A stretch of DNA of 64,000 nucleotides from Candidatus Poribacteria bacterium (lineage in GTDB: Bacteria; Poribacteria; WGA-4E; PCPOR2b): assembly GCA_965208675.1 (NCBI GenBank), contig OZ242351.1, positions 977,130 to 1,041,129 of the forward strand, written 5' to 3'. This document shows, piece by piece, positions 1-10,438 of the stretch (the stretch's first letter is position 1; every line of letters begins with the position of its first letter). A program made the translations under genes and the position numbers. A model generated the notes under the pieces. That model did no database searches. It worked only from the letters and a program-made list of their open reading frames with translations, and was not told the origin of the DNA.

Positions 1-390
1 GTGCCAAGTCACGTTAGAGAAGTGAATGAAGGGCATCTTGTTGACAAAGTTATCGTCTGTACAGGCGCCTTATCAGCCGCAGCGCAAGGGTTAGAATCGG
101 TTGATAAGGGAGGAACTGTGTTGTTTTTCGCTGTTCCCAAACCGGGTGTGCCAATTGCAGTTGACATCAACGCGTTTTGGCGAGATGATATCAGTGTCAA
201 AGTAAGTTACGGTGCGGCACCGGCAGATAACGAACAAGCCTTATCATTTATCAGTGCCGGGAAGGTTTTTGTGACTGACATGATTACACATCGGTTAAGC
301 CTTGATGCCATCGGCGAGGGTTTTAGACTGGCAAGCGAAGGCGCGGATAGCCTCAAGGTTATGATAGAACCAAACCGGAGTGAAGGCTAA
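1..390 (+). CDS. C-terminal fragment of a zinc-dependent medium-chain dehydrogenase/reductase (threonine/sorbitol dehydrogenase-like); 5' end lies outside the window
   Basis: Open from base 1 to TAA at 388-390. Rossmann-like 'VIVCTGALSAAAQGL...GGTVLFF' and an MDR C-terminal tail. Confidence 0.55.
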   Translation: MPSHVREVNEGHLVDKVIVCTGALSAAAQGLESVDKGGTVLFFAVPKPGVPIAVDINAFWRDDISVKVSYGAAPADNEQALSFISAGKVFVTDMITHRLSLDAIGEGFRLASEGADSLKVMIEPNRSEG

Positions 391-501
391 ATCACGGCGC
401 CGAACTAAAGGTTGCTACAATGAAGACATAACGTAAGTCGGTTAGAACCCGGAAATCGATGGAAAAGATGCCGCACACTCCGCCGCCAAGCCGTACAGTC
501 T

Positions 502-1806
502 TCAAATTTTTTCCTGTAGTTTCGGATGGCTATCGAGCACTTTGATGAGCGTTCGTACGAGTTTTTCAGGGTCGTGGCGGATTACCGTTAGGGGAACTCC
601 ATTCTCAACAATAACCGTGTCTCGAATAAGATCTGATTCCACAACACGGATATCACCGAGATTGTCCTGACTGCGATCGTAAAAGATTTGCACCTTGGAG
701 GGATCGGCCATCTGCTTCGTCTCATCAGAGAGTTGCGAAATATGTTTGGTGAGATTTAGCAGCGAATCCGTAACATGTTTCGGATGTTTTTGAAGCGCGG
801 AAAGGGCTTCTTCCGTGTGCATCTTAATGCGTGTAAACTGCTCCATAAGCTCTTTTTGAACATAGTTATTGATTAGTGTTTCCGGAGCAGGTTGATTATT
901 GACGATAATAAAATCTATTGAAAGATTTGCATGATTGATGATTGCCTGAACGTGGTCGCTGACTGAATAGCCGTCAGTTTCGCCGGGCTGAGACATCACG
1001 TTGCAGATGTAAACTTTCATCGCTTTCGACGATCGGATTGCTTCGGCGATTCCCTTGACGACAAGATTGGGCATGATGCTGGTGAATAGGCTTCCGGGCC
1101 CGATTATAATGACATCGGCATTTACAATTGCGTCGTCAGCCTCTTGATTGGCAGTGCATTGATATGGTTTGTTCGGTGGGTGATGATTCATGCCGTTCTC
1201 GCGGGGCTCAAGAAATATCCGCCGTATTGGTTCCCGATTCTCACGCACCGGAATTTTGGATTCGCCGCGGACTATCTCGCCATCGGCGAGTTCCGCGCAC
1301 AATACGGTGTAATTCAAGCTAACGGGGATGATTTTCCCGCGTACCGCGAGCAATTTAGATGCTGCGCGGATTGCTTTTGGGAAGCTGCCGCCATTCAATT
1401 CGGTGAGCGCGGTTAATAGTAGGTTGCCGACCGTATGTCCGCCGAGATGGCCATCATTTGAAAAACGGTATTCAAATAGGCTGTCTAGCTCATCTGCCTC
1501 GGACAAGGCGACCAAGAGTTTACGAATGTCACCCGGCGGCGGCACATCAAATTCCTGGATTAATCGTCCGCTGCTGCCACCGTCGTCAGAGACCGAAACT
1601 ATGGCTGACAGATTGTCAATATCAAAAAGTCCTGTCCGCCCCGGTGTCTTGTCTGTGTATTGTTTAATCCCACTTAAGAGAGACGATAATCCTGTTCCTC
1701 CACCGATACACACGAGCCTTAGACCGCTTCCGCCTTGCATAACGCCCTCCTTAAATGAGCTTCGATGATTCGTTCTATTGAAATGCCGCGCAGCTATACG
1801 CCCCAA
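502..1806 (-). CDS. YvcK/CofD-like gluconeogenesis-factor family protein (UPF0052)
   Basis: 434-aa ORF with a 'LRLVCIGGGTGLSSLL' P-loop-like N-terminus and overall YvcK architecture. True start may be the internal Met near 1740. Confidence 0.7.
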   Translation of the reverse strand: MGRIAARHFNRTNHRSSFKEGVMQGGSGLRLVCIGGGTGLSSLLSGIKQYTDKTPGRTGLFDIDNLSAIVSVSDDGGSSGRLIQEFDVPPPGDIRKLLVALSEADELDSLFEYRFSNDGHLGGHTVGNLLLTALTELNGGSFPKAIRAASKLLAVRGKIIPVSLNYTVLCAELADGEIVRGESKIPVRENREPIRRIFLEPRENGMNHHPPNKPYQCTANQEADDAIVNADVIIIGPGSLFTSIMPNLVVKGIAEAIRSSKAMKVYICNVMSQPGETDGYSVSDHVQAIINHANLSIDFIIVNNQPAPETLINNYVQKELMEQFTRIKMHTEEALSALQKHPKHVTDSLLNLTKHISQLSDETKQMADPSKVQIFYDRSQDNLGDIRVVESDLIRDTVIVENGVPLTVIRHDPEKLVRTLIKVLDSHPKLQEKI

Positions 1807-1963
1807 ACAGAAATTACGGTTTCAAGCTACAATCCCGATACAAACCTTTATGGCTTACAATGAAAGAGTGGCGTATCCTGATACGGCCGAGTATTTGATA
1901 TTACCAACGTTGCGAAACCCCTTGCGTTTCAGGGATGAGAATTCGGCGGATTATCGATACTAT

Positions 1964-3364
1964 TCATCCGGACGAAGAGGTTATTAATCCTCTCAACGAA
2001 TCAAGTGTTGAATTACAGAGAAATTCAGCCTGTTCGGACGTCGGCGCTTCACTGAAAACGCGAATAACGGGTTCAGTGCCCGACTTGCGAATGTTGACCC
2101 ACCTATCCTTCCAAATACGCTTCACTCCATCGGTTAAATCGAGTGAATAATCTTGATTGTCCGGCATGCCGAGTTCGTCAAGATAATTTTCTCGGGCGCG
2201 TTTTATGACCGTATCCGCAGCCCCCTGCGAAGAAACCTCCAATTTCCTTTTGCATATTGAGTAACTTGGCATGGCTGCGGCTAATTCCGAAATCTTTAAA
2301 TCACTCGAATCAGAAAGCAACTGAACGACTGCGGCAATTGATGCCATTCCGTCTGTAGTGTATTGGAGATCTGGATAGATAACACCGCCCGTCCCTTCAC
2401 CGCCGATGATTGCTTTGGTTTCATGCATCTTTTCAGCTACATAACCGACACCTACCGCCGTGCGGTGAATTTGGACTCCATGCCGATCGGCAATATCATC
2501 TAACATTCGGCTCGTGGACACTGTGGCAACAATGTCTCCTTTGCGTATTTTCAACATGAATTCAGCCGCAAATGCAAACGTATATTCGCCGCTTAAAGGG
2601 CGGCCTTCATCTGTAACAATCACAAGACGGTCCGCATCAACATCGTGCGCGAATCCAATATCGGCTTCTTCGGATTTAACCGCCTGGCACAATTGATTCA
2701 ATGCGTCGGGCGTTGGTTCTGCAGCGTGAGGAAAATAACCATTGGGTACACAGTTAAGTTGGATGACTTGACAGCCTAGTTCTTTTAACAAGCACGGGCT
2801 GATTACGCTGCCCGCTCCGTTGCAACAATCAACGACAACTTTCAACCGGCGCGAACGCGTTTGAACGCAATTCATCCAATCGCTATTGAGGATGTTGGCG
2901 ATATGGTCATTAACTGCAGTATTGAAGGCTTCTACGGTGCCTTGTTCAGCCCAATTCGCAAGCCTGAAATCCTTGGATTCATAGATGCGCATGAGTTCGG
3001 TTAATTCGGTAGGATTCAAAAGCCGACCGGATTCAGCCGCGAATTCGAGCCCATTCCAGTCGATAGGATTGTGACTCGCTGTGATGACGAGGCTGCCTTG
3101 TGCGTTTAATGACTTGGAGGTCAATAAGGCAGTTGGCGTTGGGCAAATCCCAGCGTCAACGATTTTGCAGCCGGTTGCAATTAGTCCTGCAAGCACCGAG
3201 TGGCGCACCATTCGCCCAGATGTCCGCGAGTCTCTTCCGATGACGACGGTTTCCCCGCCTAGAAAGGTTCCAAATGCTGCCGCGAACCGCGTTAGCGTAT
3301 CCGGGCCCAATGTCTCGCCAATTATTCCTCTCACTCCTGAGACGCTAACGATAAAGTCGCGCAT
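1964..3364 (-). CDS. alpha-D-phosphohexomutase (phosphoglucomutase/phosphomannomutase/GlmM-like)
   Basis: 466 aa. Active-site Ser motif 'TASHNP', N-terminal 'VSGVRGIIGE', and Mg-loop 'FAHDVDADR'. Confidence 0.8.
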   Translation of the reverse strand: MRDFIVSVSGVRGIIGETLGPDTLTRFAAAFGTFLGGETVVIGRDSRTSGRMVRHSVLAGLIATGCKIVDAGICPTPTALLTSKSLNAQGSLVITASHNPIDWNGLEFAAESGRLLNPTELTELMRIYESKDFRLANWAEQGTVEAFNTAVNDHIANILNSDWMNCVQTRSRRLKVVVDCCNGAGSVISPCLLKELGCQVIQLNCVPNGYFPHAAEPTPDALNQLCQAVKSEEADIGFAHDVDADRLVIVTDEGRPLSGEYTFAFAAEFMLKIRKGDIVATVSTSRMLDDIADRHGVQIHRTAVGVGYVAEKMHETKAIIGGEGTGGVIYPDLQYTTDGMASIAAVVQLLSDSSDLKISELAAAMPSYSICKRKLEVSSQGAADTVIKRARENYLDELGMPDNQDYSLDLTDGVKRIWKDRWVNIRKSGTEPVIRVFSEAPTSEQAEFLCNSTLDSLRGLITSSSG

Positions 3365-3519
3365 ATAAATGCCTAACGGTTAAAATGTTGATGCATACCG
3401 GTTGGCTGTTACGATTAATTCCGCCGTTCCAAATGCAACAATTCTTGATTATGATTCATACGGCTTTTAGGTTTGCAAGCGTCAACGCAAAACTACAGAA
3501 TTACTGTCACATAAAAACG

Positions 3520-4317
3520 TCAATTGGACATTTTCCGAGATGCTAGGATACAACACAAGCATCCAATCAGCACCTGCCAACCGCAAACTTGATACCATGC
3601 AGGATAAACAAACAGATACGATGGAATGGGTGTCAATTCATACAATGTAGGTGTTCTAAAAATATCCATTTCAAGCAGATGGCACACCGCGATCAGCGGA
3701 TTGATATGCAAGAATGGCGATATTATCGGTTGAAGATTTTCCAGATACCGCTCTAAGGGCGAAAGCAGGAAAACACCTCCGATAAGAAAAGCCCACAAAA
3801 GAAACACGGTTTCAACAGCGAGGAGTGTGTACCGCAAAAAGTTCCAAACCAGCGCGGCGATTGACGCTCCCGAAAATATGAAAACGATAAACACCAAGTG
3901 CAGCAATATTACCTTGTAACGCAGTAGTTCGCCGGCCGAGATTGTGAAAACAAGCAATGTCACGCCAAGAAAACAGAGGCTGTAAATCTGACTTTCAAAA
4001 AGCAAACGCGCCAGAATGGATCGAGAACGAATTGGACTCAATGATAGAATATTGTCCGACATCCTCAAATTATGGTGCTGGTTAAGTGTGCGGCATGCGA
4101 GGTACGGGGAGACAATCAGAATCAGGAAGGCTTCAGCTAAAAAGATGAGATTGGAAAACTGCCCCAACTTCGCACGCATCAGCAGCTGGCAAATTACTAG
4201 AAGCATCGCGCTCTGTACAATTACGGCGATACAGATTTTCCCAACACGCCTCCATCGTTGGCTCATCGTTAGGCTGAAAACCGGGTTCTCAAATTGCCGC
4301 GCAAAGTTCATCTTCAA
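3520..4317 (-). CDS. polytopic inner-membrane protein of unknown function (ABC-2-like permease topology)
   Basis: 265 aa with about 6 hydrophobic helices and no catalytic motif recognised. Confidence 0.5.
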   Translation of the reverse strand: MKMNFARQFENPVFSLTMSQRWRRVGKICIAVIVQSAMLLVICQLLMRAKLGQFSNLIFLAEAFLILIVSPYLACRTLNQHHNLRMSDNILSLSPIRSRSILARLLFESQIYSLCFLGVTLLVFTISAGELLRYKVILLHLVFIVFIFSGASIAALVWNFLRYTLLAVETVFLLWAFLIGGVFLLSPLERYLENLQPIISPFLHINPLIAVCHLLEMDIFRTPTLYELTPIPSYLFVYPAWYQVCGWQVLIGCLCCILASRKMSN

Positions 4318-4378
4318 TCCATTTGAAACAACTTAGATCTGACACATCTCTAGTCCGCTATCCGTTGGATTCAAAACG

Positions 4379-5059
4379 TCAATTTTGTTCGCCTCCGATG
4401 TGTTCCTGCAACGCTTCCTGAATTTGGAGGATTGTTTCAGCTATTGCATACAGGTTTGGGTTGAGTTGCAAAGCTCGTTGATAAGCATCTATTGCCTGTC
4501 TAAGGTGCCCTAACCTGAGATGGCAGTGCCCCAACCCAGCAAATGCGCCAAAGTGATAGGGATTAAGCGCAATCGCACGCTCACAATCTTCAATTGATTT
4601 GTCCCATTGTTCTAGCATAAAGTAAGCAATCGCTCTCTGATTATGTCCTTCGGCGAAATTTGGGGCGGATTGAATTGCCGCCGTCAACTTCTCTATGGCA
4701 TCGTCATATCGTTCATCCTTAATGCATCTTGCACCATCTTTAAGCAGTGCATCGACCGATTCATTACCTGAACGAAACCAAATCGCCCATAACGCCCGCT
4801 GGGCATTCGAGCGCAGCCCAAAATCTTCATGCTGGAGCGACTCAATCAATGGTTTTACCGCACCCATGCCGCTGAAAATTCCAAGGGAATAGGCCGCTGC
4901 GCGCCGGGTTGGCGCGACGTCATGTGATAACATGTCAATTAGAGTCTCCTGCGTGTAATTCTTGTCCTTTAGGGCGAACTTCAAGTCTTCTTTTTGTATT
5001 TGCTTTGAATAACGCAATAACAATTTTGCTAAGTCGGAGTGTCCATTGCTAGCAGACAT
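4379..5059 (-). CDS. TPR/HEAT-repeat protein
   Basis: 226 aa. Repeated 'A..Y...G.....A...Y..AL.L.P' TPR-like units. Confidence 0.6.
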   Translation of the reverse strand: MSASNGHSDLAKLLLRYSKQIQKEDLKFALKDKNYTQETLIDMLSHDVAPTRRAAAYSLGIFSGMGAVKPLIESLQHEDFGLRSNAQRALWAIWFRSGNESVDALLKDGARCIKDERYDDAIEKLTAAIQSAPNFAEGHNQRAIAYFMLEQWDKSIEDCERAIALNPYHFGAFAGLGHCHLRLGHLRQAIDAYQRALQLNPNLYAIAETILQIQEALQEHIGGEQN

Positions 5060-5420
5060 TAATGATTCCTTAAGAAGTTGGATAGCGAAATTTCAGGTTG
5101 AAATTCCCCACATGCGCGGCGTAGGCCGGCGCCGCGGAGGAAAGTCAATGCCAACGCGCAGAAAACTCCCAGATTATGGACGATCAAAACGTTATTTATC
5201 TTATCACACTGCCGAAACGATAGCAAGGTTAAAGTATGGAGTGGTGCGTATGGTCCTTGCTGGTCCAACGAACTATTTCCGTTACGGTGAACTGAAGCGG
5301 CGGTTGTGCTTGCGAAGACTCAATGAATTTAGATATAATCTGTTGAAGGAGAACCGTTTATCACTCTAACTTTCATGTCTAACCCATTGCCCAATTCCGT
5401 CGAAATTAGCGCATAAAACC

Positions 5421-6455
5421 ATGTACACGCTCGAACCGCTGAAAAAAGAAGACTCAGATGTATGGGATACTATGTTGCGTCATTGCCCGAACAGCACTGC
5501 TTTTCACTCAGCTACTTGGCGGGACGGGTTAGCGGGTTCTTTCAAACAGTTGACTCCTGCATACTTACTGATTCAGGAAAATGGCACCACAGTTGGCGGA
5601 TTGCCGGCCTTCGTGTTCAAACCTATTCCAAGTATCAAGTTGTTACATTCAATGCCGTGGAATCAATGCGGCGGGATTCAACTAATCGAGGGAACGTCTG
5701 GAAATATCAACCTCCTGTTGCAATCCGTTGAGAGTCATTTGAATCGGATTGTTAGCGTACAAAGCCCTTGTGAAACGGTTTTCACGCTTTCGCCATGGCA
5801 GACAGAAGACTACGGGCGGCGCTTGAACGAATTAGGATACTGTAAGTACAAAGAAAGCTTTACACACTTACTCAAAATCCATGCCGATTACGATGTCATT
5901 TGGGCGGGTTACAAGAAGTCAATCAGAAAAGCGGTCAGAAAGGCACAGAAATCAGGGGTATCGGTCTACGAATCGGACAGAGAGATTGACCTTGAAGCAT
6001 TCTACGAAATCTACTTGGCAACGCAAAAAAGGGTAATGAGTGTCCCGAAACCACTGTCTCTGATGAGATTTCTCTTCCAAAGCGGTCTTGCAAAATTAGT
6101 CGTTGCGAAACACGGCGGCTTAATTATAGCGGGGGTATTATATCTATACTTTAACCGAACCGTAACGCCCTGGTGCGGCGGTTCTGTCCCCGAATTCCTT
6201 GAGTACCGCCCGAACAACGCAATTCTTCACCACATCATCAAATGGGCATGTTCGGAAGGATATTCGTGGGTGGATCTTGGGGCGTCCCCCCCGGAAAACC
6301 CTGGACTCATTAATTATAAAGAACAATATCGAGCAAAGCGATTTGATTACTCCAGTTATTTGAAAGTCCACTCACCCGTAAAACGTGCGGTATGGTTAAA
6401 GTCCGAGCCGGCACTCCGAAAATTTTACGCTTGGGTGCAGCACGGGCGAAGTTAA
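5421..6455 (+). CDS. FemAB-like / BioF2-like GNAT-fold acyltransferase (PF13480-like)
   Basis: 344 aa. C-terminal half resembles FemX/FemAB-family aminoacyl-transferase folds ('WCGGSVPEF...YKEQYRAKRFDY'). Confidence 0.55.
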   Translation: MYTLEPLKKEDSDVWDTMLRHCPNSTAFHSATWRDGLAGSFKQLTPAYLLIQENGTTVGGLPAFVFKPIPSIKLLHSMPWNQCGGIQLIEGTSGNINLLLQSVESHLNRIVSVQSPCETVFTLSPWQTEDYGRRLNELGYCKYKESFTHLLKIHADYDVIWAGYKKSIRKAVRKAQKSGVSVYESDREIDLEAFYEIYLATQKRVMSVPKPLSLMRFLFQSGLAKLVVAKHGGLIIAGVLYLYFNRTVTPWCGGSVPEFLEYRPNNAILHHIIKWACSEGYSWVDLGASPPENPGLINYKEQYRAKRFDYSSYLKVHSPVKRAVWLKSEPALRKFYAWVQHGRS

Positions 6456-6635
6456 CTGTCGGCCGGTCGATTCTGCCCGTAGTATACGGCTGAGTAATTT
6501 AGAATTTGCTTTAAATAATTTTTTGTGCGTGCTAAAATAGGTATCGTACTACATAGGCTTTCGTATAGGCTTCTCAAGCTGTGTTCCTAAAACCGAGCGA
6601 AATCCCGCAGTAATCTGAGCGAGGAGGTGTACCAA

Positions 6636-7445
6636 ATGGGAGCCGCGCTGATGAGACTAGCCTTCGTATGCATTTGTTCTAGTGTTCTTGTGCATATGGC
6701 GGCGATTCCAAGTTTTTCCAAAATTTACCCAAAAACCATCGTTGGACTATGGCTATTTGATGAGGGCCGCGGCAACATAGCCAAAGACGATTCCGGCAAC
6801 GGTCATCATGGAGAGTTCATCGGACTAAAGCCGAAATGGGTTGAAGGCAAATTCGGCCAGGCGTTCGAATTTGACGGACAGGATGATTCCATTTTGTTTA
6901 ATGCAGCCGAGCGGCCGGAACACGCTTTCATATTTCATCAGCCGACCGACGCGACGTTTGTGTTTTGGATAAAGAGACTCACGTTACCCCATGTTGCGAT
7001 ATTTTGGACGAGAGGAGATGTCACCGATAAGGGGCGGTTCAATGTCTACGCGGGGGCAGGAGAAAATTTTGGTTTTACTTATAAGTCGGACGATGGCACT
7101 CCACATGGGATTTTTTCTCGAACGGTCGATCTCCCTTTTAAGGAATGGACTCACTTAGCAATAACACGAAAAGGCAAATCCTATATCGCTTACAAAGACG
7201 GCGTTGCAGCAGACCGAGCAGTCGATCCAGAACCCGACCTGCCTAAGGCTAGGCGTTGGATTGCATCGGGCAGAGACGGTTTTCGATTCAACGGCATCCT
7301 CGACGAAATTGGCGCGTTTAAGGCTGTATTGAGTGCGGAGGATATTAACAATATTATGAACAATGGACTCGAGAAATCCGCACTGGTTGTGCCATCCACT
7401 AAGAAACTGGCGACGATCTGGGGCCAGATAAAACACCGGAAATAA
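6636..7445 (+). CDS. secreted LamG/concanavalin-A-like (Laminin_G_3) domain protein, paralog 1 (divergent)
   Basis: RBS GAGGAGG 6 nt before ATG 6636. Signal peptide, then the hallmark 'LWLFDEGRGNIAKDDSGNGHHG' N-terminus of Laminin_G_3. C-terminal 'KLATIWGQIK'. Confidence 0.75.
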   Translation: MGAALMRLAFVCICSSVLVHMAAIPSFSKIYPKTIVGLWLFDEGRGNIAKDDSGNGHHGEFIGLKPKWVEGKFGQAFEFDGQDDSILFNAAERPEHAFIFHQPTDATFVFWIKRLTLPHVAIFWTRGDVTDKGRFNVYAGAGENFGFTYKSDDGTPHGIFSRTVDLPFKEWTHLAITRKGKSYIAYKDGVAADRAVDPEPDLPKARRWIASGRDGFRFNGILDEIGAFKAVLSAEDINNIMNNGLEKSALVVPSTKKLATIWGQIKHRK

Positions 7446-7790
7446 TCTTGGCTTAACGCTAACATAAAACTGCGTATTTGAATCCTGCTAAAGATTTGAA
7501 AGCCAAGATTGTGTTATCAGAACTTCAACGAGGAATTCACAAAACGTCTAGGCAACTCCATTCGATGCCAAGCGCGTAAGAATTTGGGCGACAGGTTGAG
7601 TTGTTCAAGAGGTTGACACGGAAGCTGTCCAGAGATGTTTAGGCTATTCGTTTTAAGAAAAATTAGCTAGGAAGTGGATTCCTCTGAGATCTAATAGGCG
7701 GTGGTCAGCGGGGCTCTCTGTTAGAAACAGTGAAAGAATGTTCAAACGGCAGCAATATTATGAACTCATAAAAATTAAAGGAGGGCATTG

Positions 7791-8576
7791 ATGTACAAAT
7801 CATTATGTGCGACGTTGATAATTGCGCTGACGGTTGTTTTTTCCTGTTTAGCATGGGCAGTTGTCAACCCGGACGCGATTGTGCTTTCGTTGTCGTTTGA
7901 CGAAGGAGCCGGAGAAAAGGCGGAGGACGTTTCCCCGCTCGGGAACAACGTCTTTTTCATTGATGAACCAAAATGGGATGAGGGAAAATTCGGAGAGTGC
8001 GTACGGTTGAAAAATAACGCACATCTAGAAACCGAGATGCCAAACCTTGAGCTACACAACACTGATTTGTCGATGGCAATTTGGGCAAAATTCACCGCTG
8101 AACCCGGTTGGGTTGCACTCATGAGTCACGATGAAGGCGCGCAAATTGGCGCAAAAAAATGGGCATGGTGGTTTTCAGCCGGCGCATTCGTTTTTTATAT
8201 TGATCACGCAGATGCGAAAGAAACGCGCGAGTGGATTCGTTCCGATTTCTTTGGGACACCAGAAATTGATAGGTGGTACCACCTCGCGATCGTCAAGCAG
8301 AATGACCTACATACCCATTATCTTGACGGTGAACCGTTTGGCGAAGAAGAAAAAAAAGCTCCTGTGCCCGAAGCAATTATAGGTCCGCTATCCATCGGTG
8401 CGACAGGCATTAGGTATTTTTTCCAAGGGTTTCTAGACGAAGCCATAATTGTACGCCAAGCGCTAAGCCAGAATGACATCCGGAATCACCGCGACGGCGG
8501 CAATGTTGGGATTTTAGCGGTCGAGCCCGGCGGCAAGCTCGCAACCAGATGGGGCAGCCTGAAGATGAAACGCTAA
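7791..8576 (+). CDS. secreted LamG-like (Laminin_G_3) protein, paralog 2
   Basis: RBS AAAGGAGGG before ATG 7791. Signal peptide followed by 'NPDAIVLSLSFDEGAGEKAEDVSPLGNN'. C-terminal 'GKLATRWGSLKMKR'. Confidence 0.8.
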   Translation: MYKSLCATLIIALTVVFSCLAWAVVNPDAIVLSLSFDEGAGEKAEDVSPLGNNVFFIDEPKWDEGKFGECVRLKNNAHLETEMPNLELHNTDLSMAIWAKFTAEPGWVALMSHDEGAQIGAKKWAWWFSAGAFVFYIDHADAKETREWIRSDFFGTPEIDRWYHLAIVKQNDLHTHYLDGEPFGEEEKKAPVPEAIIGPLSIGATGIRYFFQGFLDEAIIVRQALSQNDIRNHRDGGNVGILAVEPGGKLATRWGSLKMKR

Positions 8577-8681
8577 TCGTCCAGTTATCAATGAAACAAT
8601 CCCTCATTCATACATCAGATTTCCGGCAAGATGGACGATCCATTTCATATTGAATGCTATTCGGCAGTTAAGGGGGTAACA

Positions 8682-9479
8682 ATGCGTTTTTCGATATCAA
8701 TGTTCTTAATGATGGCTTCTGCGTGGATCTTTCCATTCGCATCAGAGGCGGCAATAGACCCGGAAGCTATAGTGCTTGCATTGCCGTTTGACGAAGGGGC
8801 AGGTGATGAAGCTAAGGACGCCTCCCCAAGCGGAAACAACCTCTTCCTCGTAGAAGAAGCAAAATGGGACGAAGGAAAAATTGGCAAATGCGTGCGCTTG
8901 AAAAAGACCGCTCATCTAGAGACCGAAATGCCAAACCTTGAGCTGCACAATACCGATTTGACGCTGGCGATGTGGGTTAGCTTCTCCGCAGAACCCGGCT
9001 GGGTTGCCCTAATGAGTCACGATGTAGGCGCTGGATTAGGCCACGAGAAATGGGCTTGGTGGCTCCAGTCCGGTACGTTCGTTTTCCACATTGATGATGG
9101 GATTGAGAAGCGCGAATGGGTGCGTTCCGACTTCTTTGGGGCACCGGAACTCAACAGGTGGTACCACCTTGCTTTTGTCAAAAATAAGGACCTACACACA
9201 CATTATGTTGACGGTGAACCGTTTGGAGGGGATGAAAAGAATGCACCTGTTCCCGAAGTGATTGAAGGGCCATTCTCGGTCGGTGCAACGGGTATGAGGT
9301 ACTATTTCCAAGGATTGATGGATGAAGCGTTGATTGTCAAACAGGCATTGACCCAGAACGACATCCAGAGGCATCTTGCCGGCGGCGTTGCCCGTATTCT
9401 AGCAGTGGAGCCGGGCGGAAAACTCGCAACTCAATGGGGCCGCCTGAAGATGGGACGTGACTTTCCTTTCAGCCAATGA
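8682..9479 (+). CDS. secreted LamG-like protein, paralog 3
   Basis: RBS AAGGGGG before ATG 8682. Strongly similar to paralog 2 ('AHLETEMPNLELHNTDL'). C-terminal 'GKLATQWGRLKMGR'. Confidence 0.8.
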   Translation: MRFSISMFLMMASAWIFPFASEAAIDPEAIVLALPFDEGAGDEAKDASPSGNNLFLVEEAKWDEGKIGKCVRLKKTAHLETEMPNLELHNTDLTLAMWVSFSAEPGWVALMSHDVGAGLGHEKWAWWLQSGTFVFHIDDGIEKREWVRSDFFGAPELNRWYHLAFVKNKDLHTHYVDGEPFGGDEKNAPVPEVIEGPFSVGATGMRYYFQGLMDEALIVKQALTQNDIQRHLAGGVARILAVEPGGKLATQWGRLKMGRDFPFSQ

Positions 9480-9562
9480 TGCATTAACCCAAGAAATCTA
9501 ATCTGCCTCGATTGACTCGGCCGATAGATTTCCAACACATCCACGACAGTGGAGCGGCAATA

Positions 9563-10363
9563 ATGCGCGCATCAAGATTTATATGCATGGCAATTGTGTT
9601 GCTGTGGGCGGCATCCATACATGTTAATGCGGGAATCAATGCGGACGAGATTGTGCTCGCACTGTCGTTTGATGAAGGAGAGGGTGAAGCAGCCGCAGAC
9701 TTATCTTCAAATGGAAACGCCGCGGCGCTGGTGCAAGGCGCTAAATGGGGCGCAGGGAAGCTCGGTACATGCTTGCGCTTGAAAAATACCGCTCACGCAT
9801 CGGTTGCGAACCACCCGAGCCTCGATTTACACGAGACAGATTTCTCACTGGCAATTTGGATGAATTTTTCTTCCGATCCCGGCTGGTACAACCTTATGGC
9901 ACACAGTGAGGGGCCCGGCGGCGGTGACAAGAAATGGTTCTGGATGTTCTCTGGCGGAAAGTTCAAATTTCACATTTTTAACCTTGGAGGTGAGCTTGCG
10001 TGGATTGATTCGGAATTCTTTGGCTTTCCTGAACTTGACCGCTGGTATCACCTCGCCTTGGTAAAACGGCAGGAGCAGTACACGTTTTTTCTGGATGGTG
10101 AGCCGTTTGGGGAATCAGTAAAAGACCTGCCCGTTCCCAAAGAGATAAACAACGTCCTCACTATTGGATGGTCACAAGAGGATCGCTACTTTCAGGGACT
10201 CCTTGATGAGGTGCTCATTGTGAAACAGGCGTTAACCCAAAACGATGTCCAAAAGCATCTACTTGGCGGCGTCCGGGGGATATTGGCTGTTTACGCTGGC
10301 GAGAAGTTTACGACTAGATGGGGTAGGTTGAAGACAGGAAACGGCTTATCCAATGACCGGTAA
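9563..10363 (+). CDS. secreted LamG-like protein, paralog 4
   Basis: Signal peptide 'MRASRFICMAIVLLWAASIHVNAG', then 'DEIVLALSFDEGEGE'. C-terminal 'EKFTTRWGRLK'. Confidence 0.8.
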   Translation: MRASRFICMAIVLLWAASIHVNAGINADEIVLALSFDEGEGEAAADLSSNGNAAALVQGAKWGAGKLGTCLRLKNTAHASVANHPSLDLHETDFSLAIWMNFSSDPGWYNLMAHSEGPGGGDKKWFWMFSGGKFKFHIFNLGGELAWIDSEFFGFPELDRWYHLALVKRQEQYTFFLDGEPFGESVKDLPVPKEINNVLTIGWSQEDRYFQGLLDEVLIVKQALTQNDVQKHLLGGVRGILAVYAGEKFTTRWGRLKTGNGLSNDR

Positions 10364-10438
10364 TCCAACCTCTTAAACAACTCTATCCAAGTTCAACATG
10401 GGGAATAACCCTGTACCATAGGGAACGGCAATGCGTGT

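Noticed and set aside
1128-1768. Plus-strand ORFs (64-146 aa) nested inside the minus-strand YvcK-like gene. Similar antisense ORFs occur at 4016..4336, 12535..13329, 29450..29884, 43612..44070 and elsewhere.
   Set aside because: They lie fully antisense within long, motif-bearing genes, have no RBS and show biased, low-complexity composition. They are almost certainly spurious.
6516-6536. The shared 11-mer TGCTAAAATAG upstream of the first LamG gene and again at 41805-41815 upstream of the aldolase, considered as a regulator binding site.
   Set aside because: It is most simply an extended -10 (TGnTAAAAT) promoter element. Two occurrences are insufficient to argue for a specific regulator.
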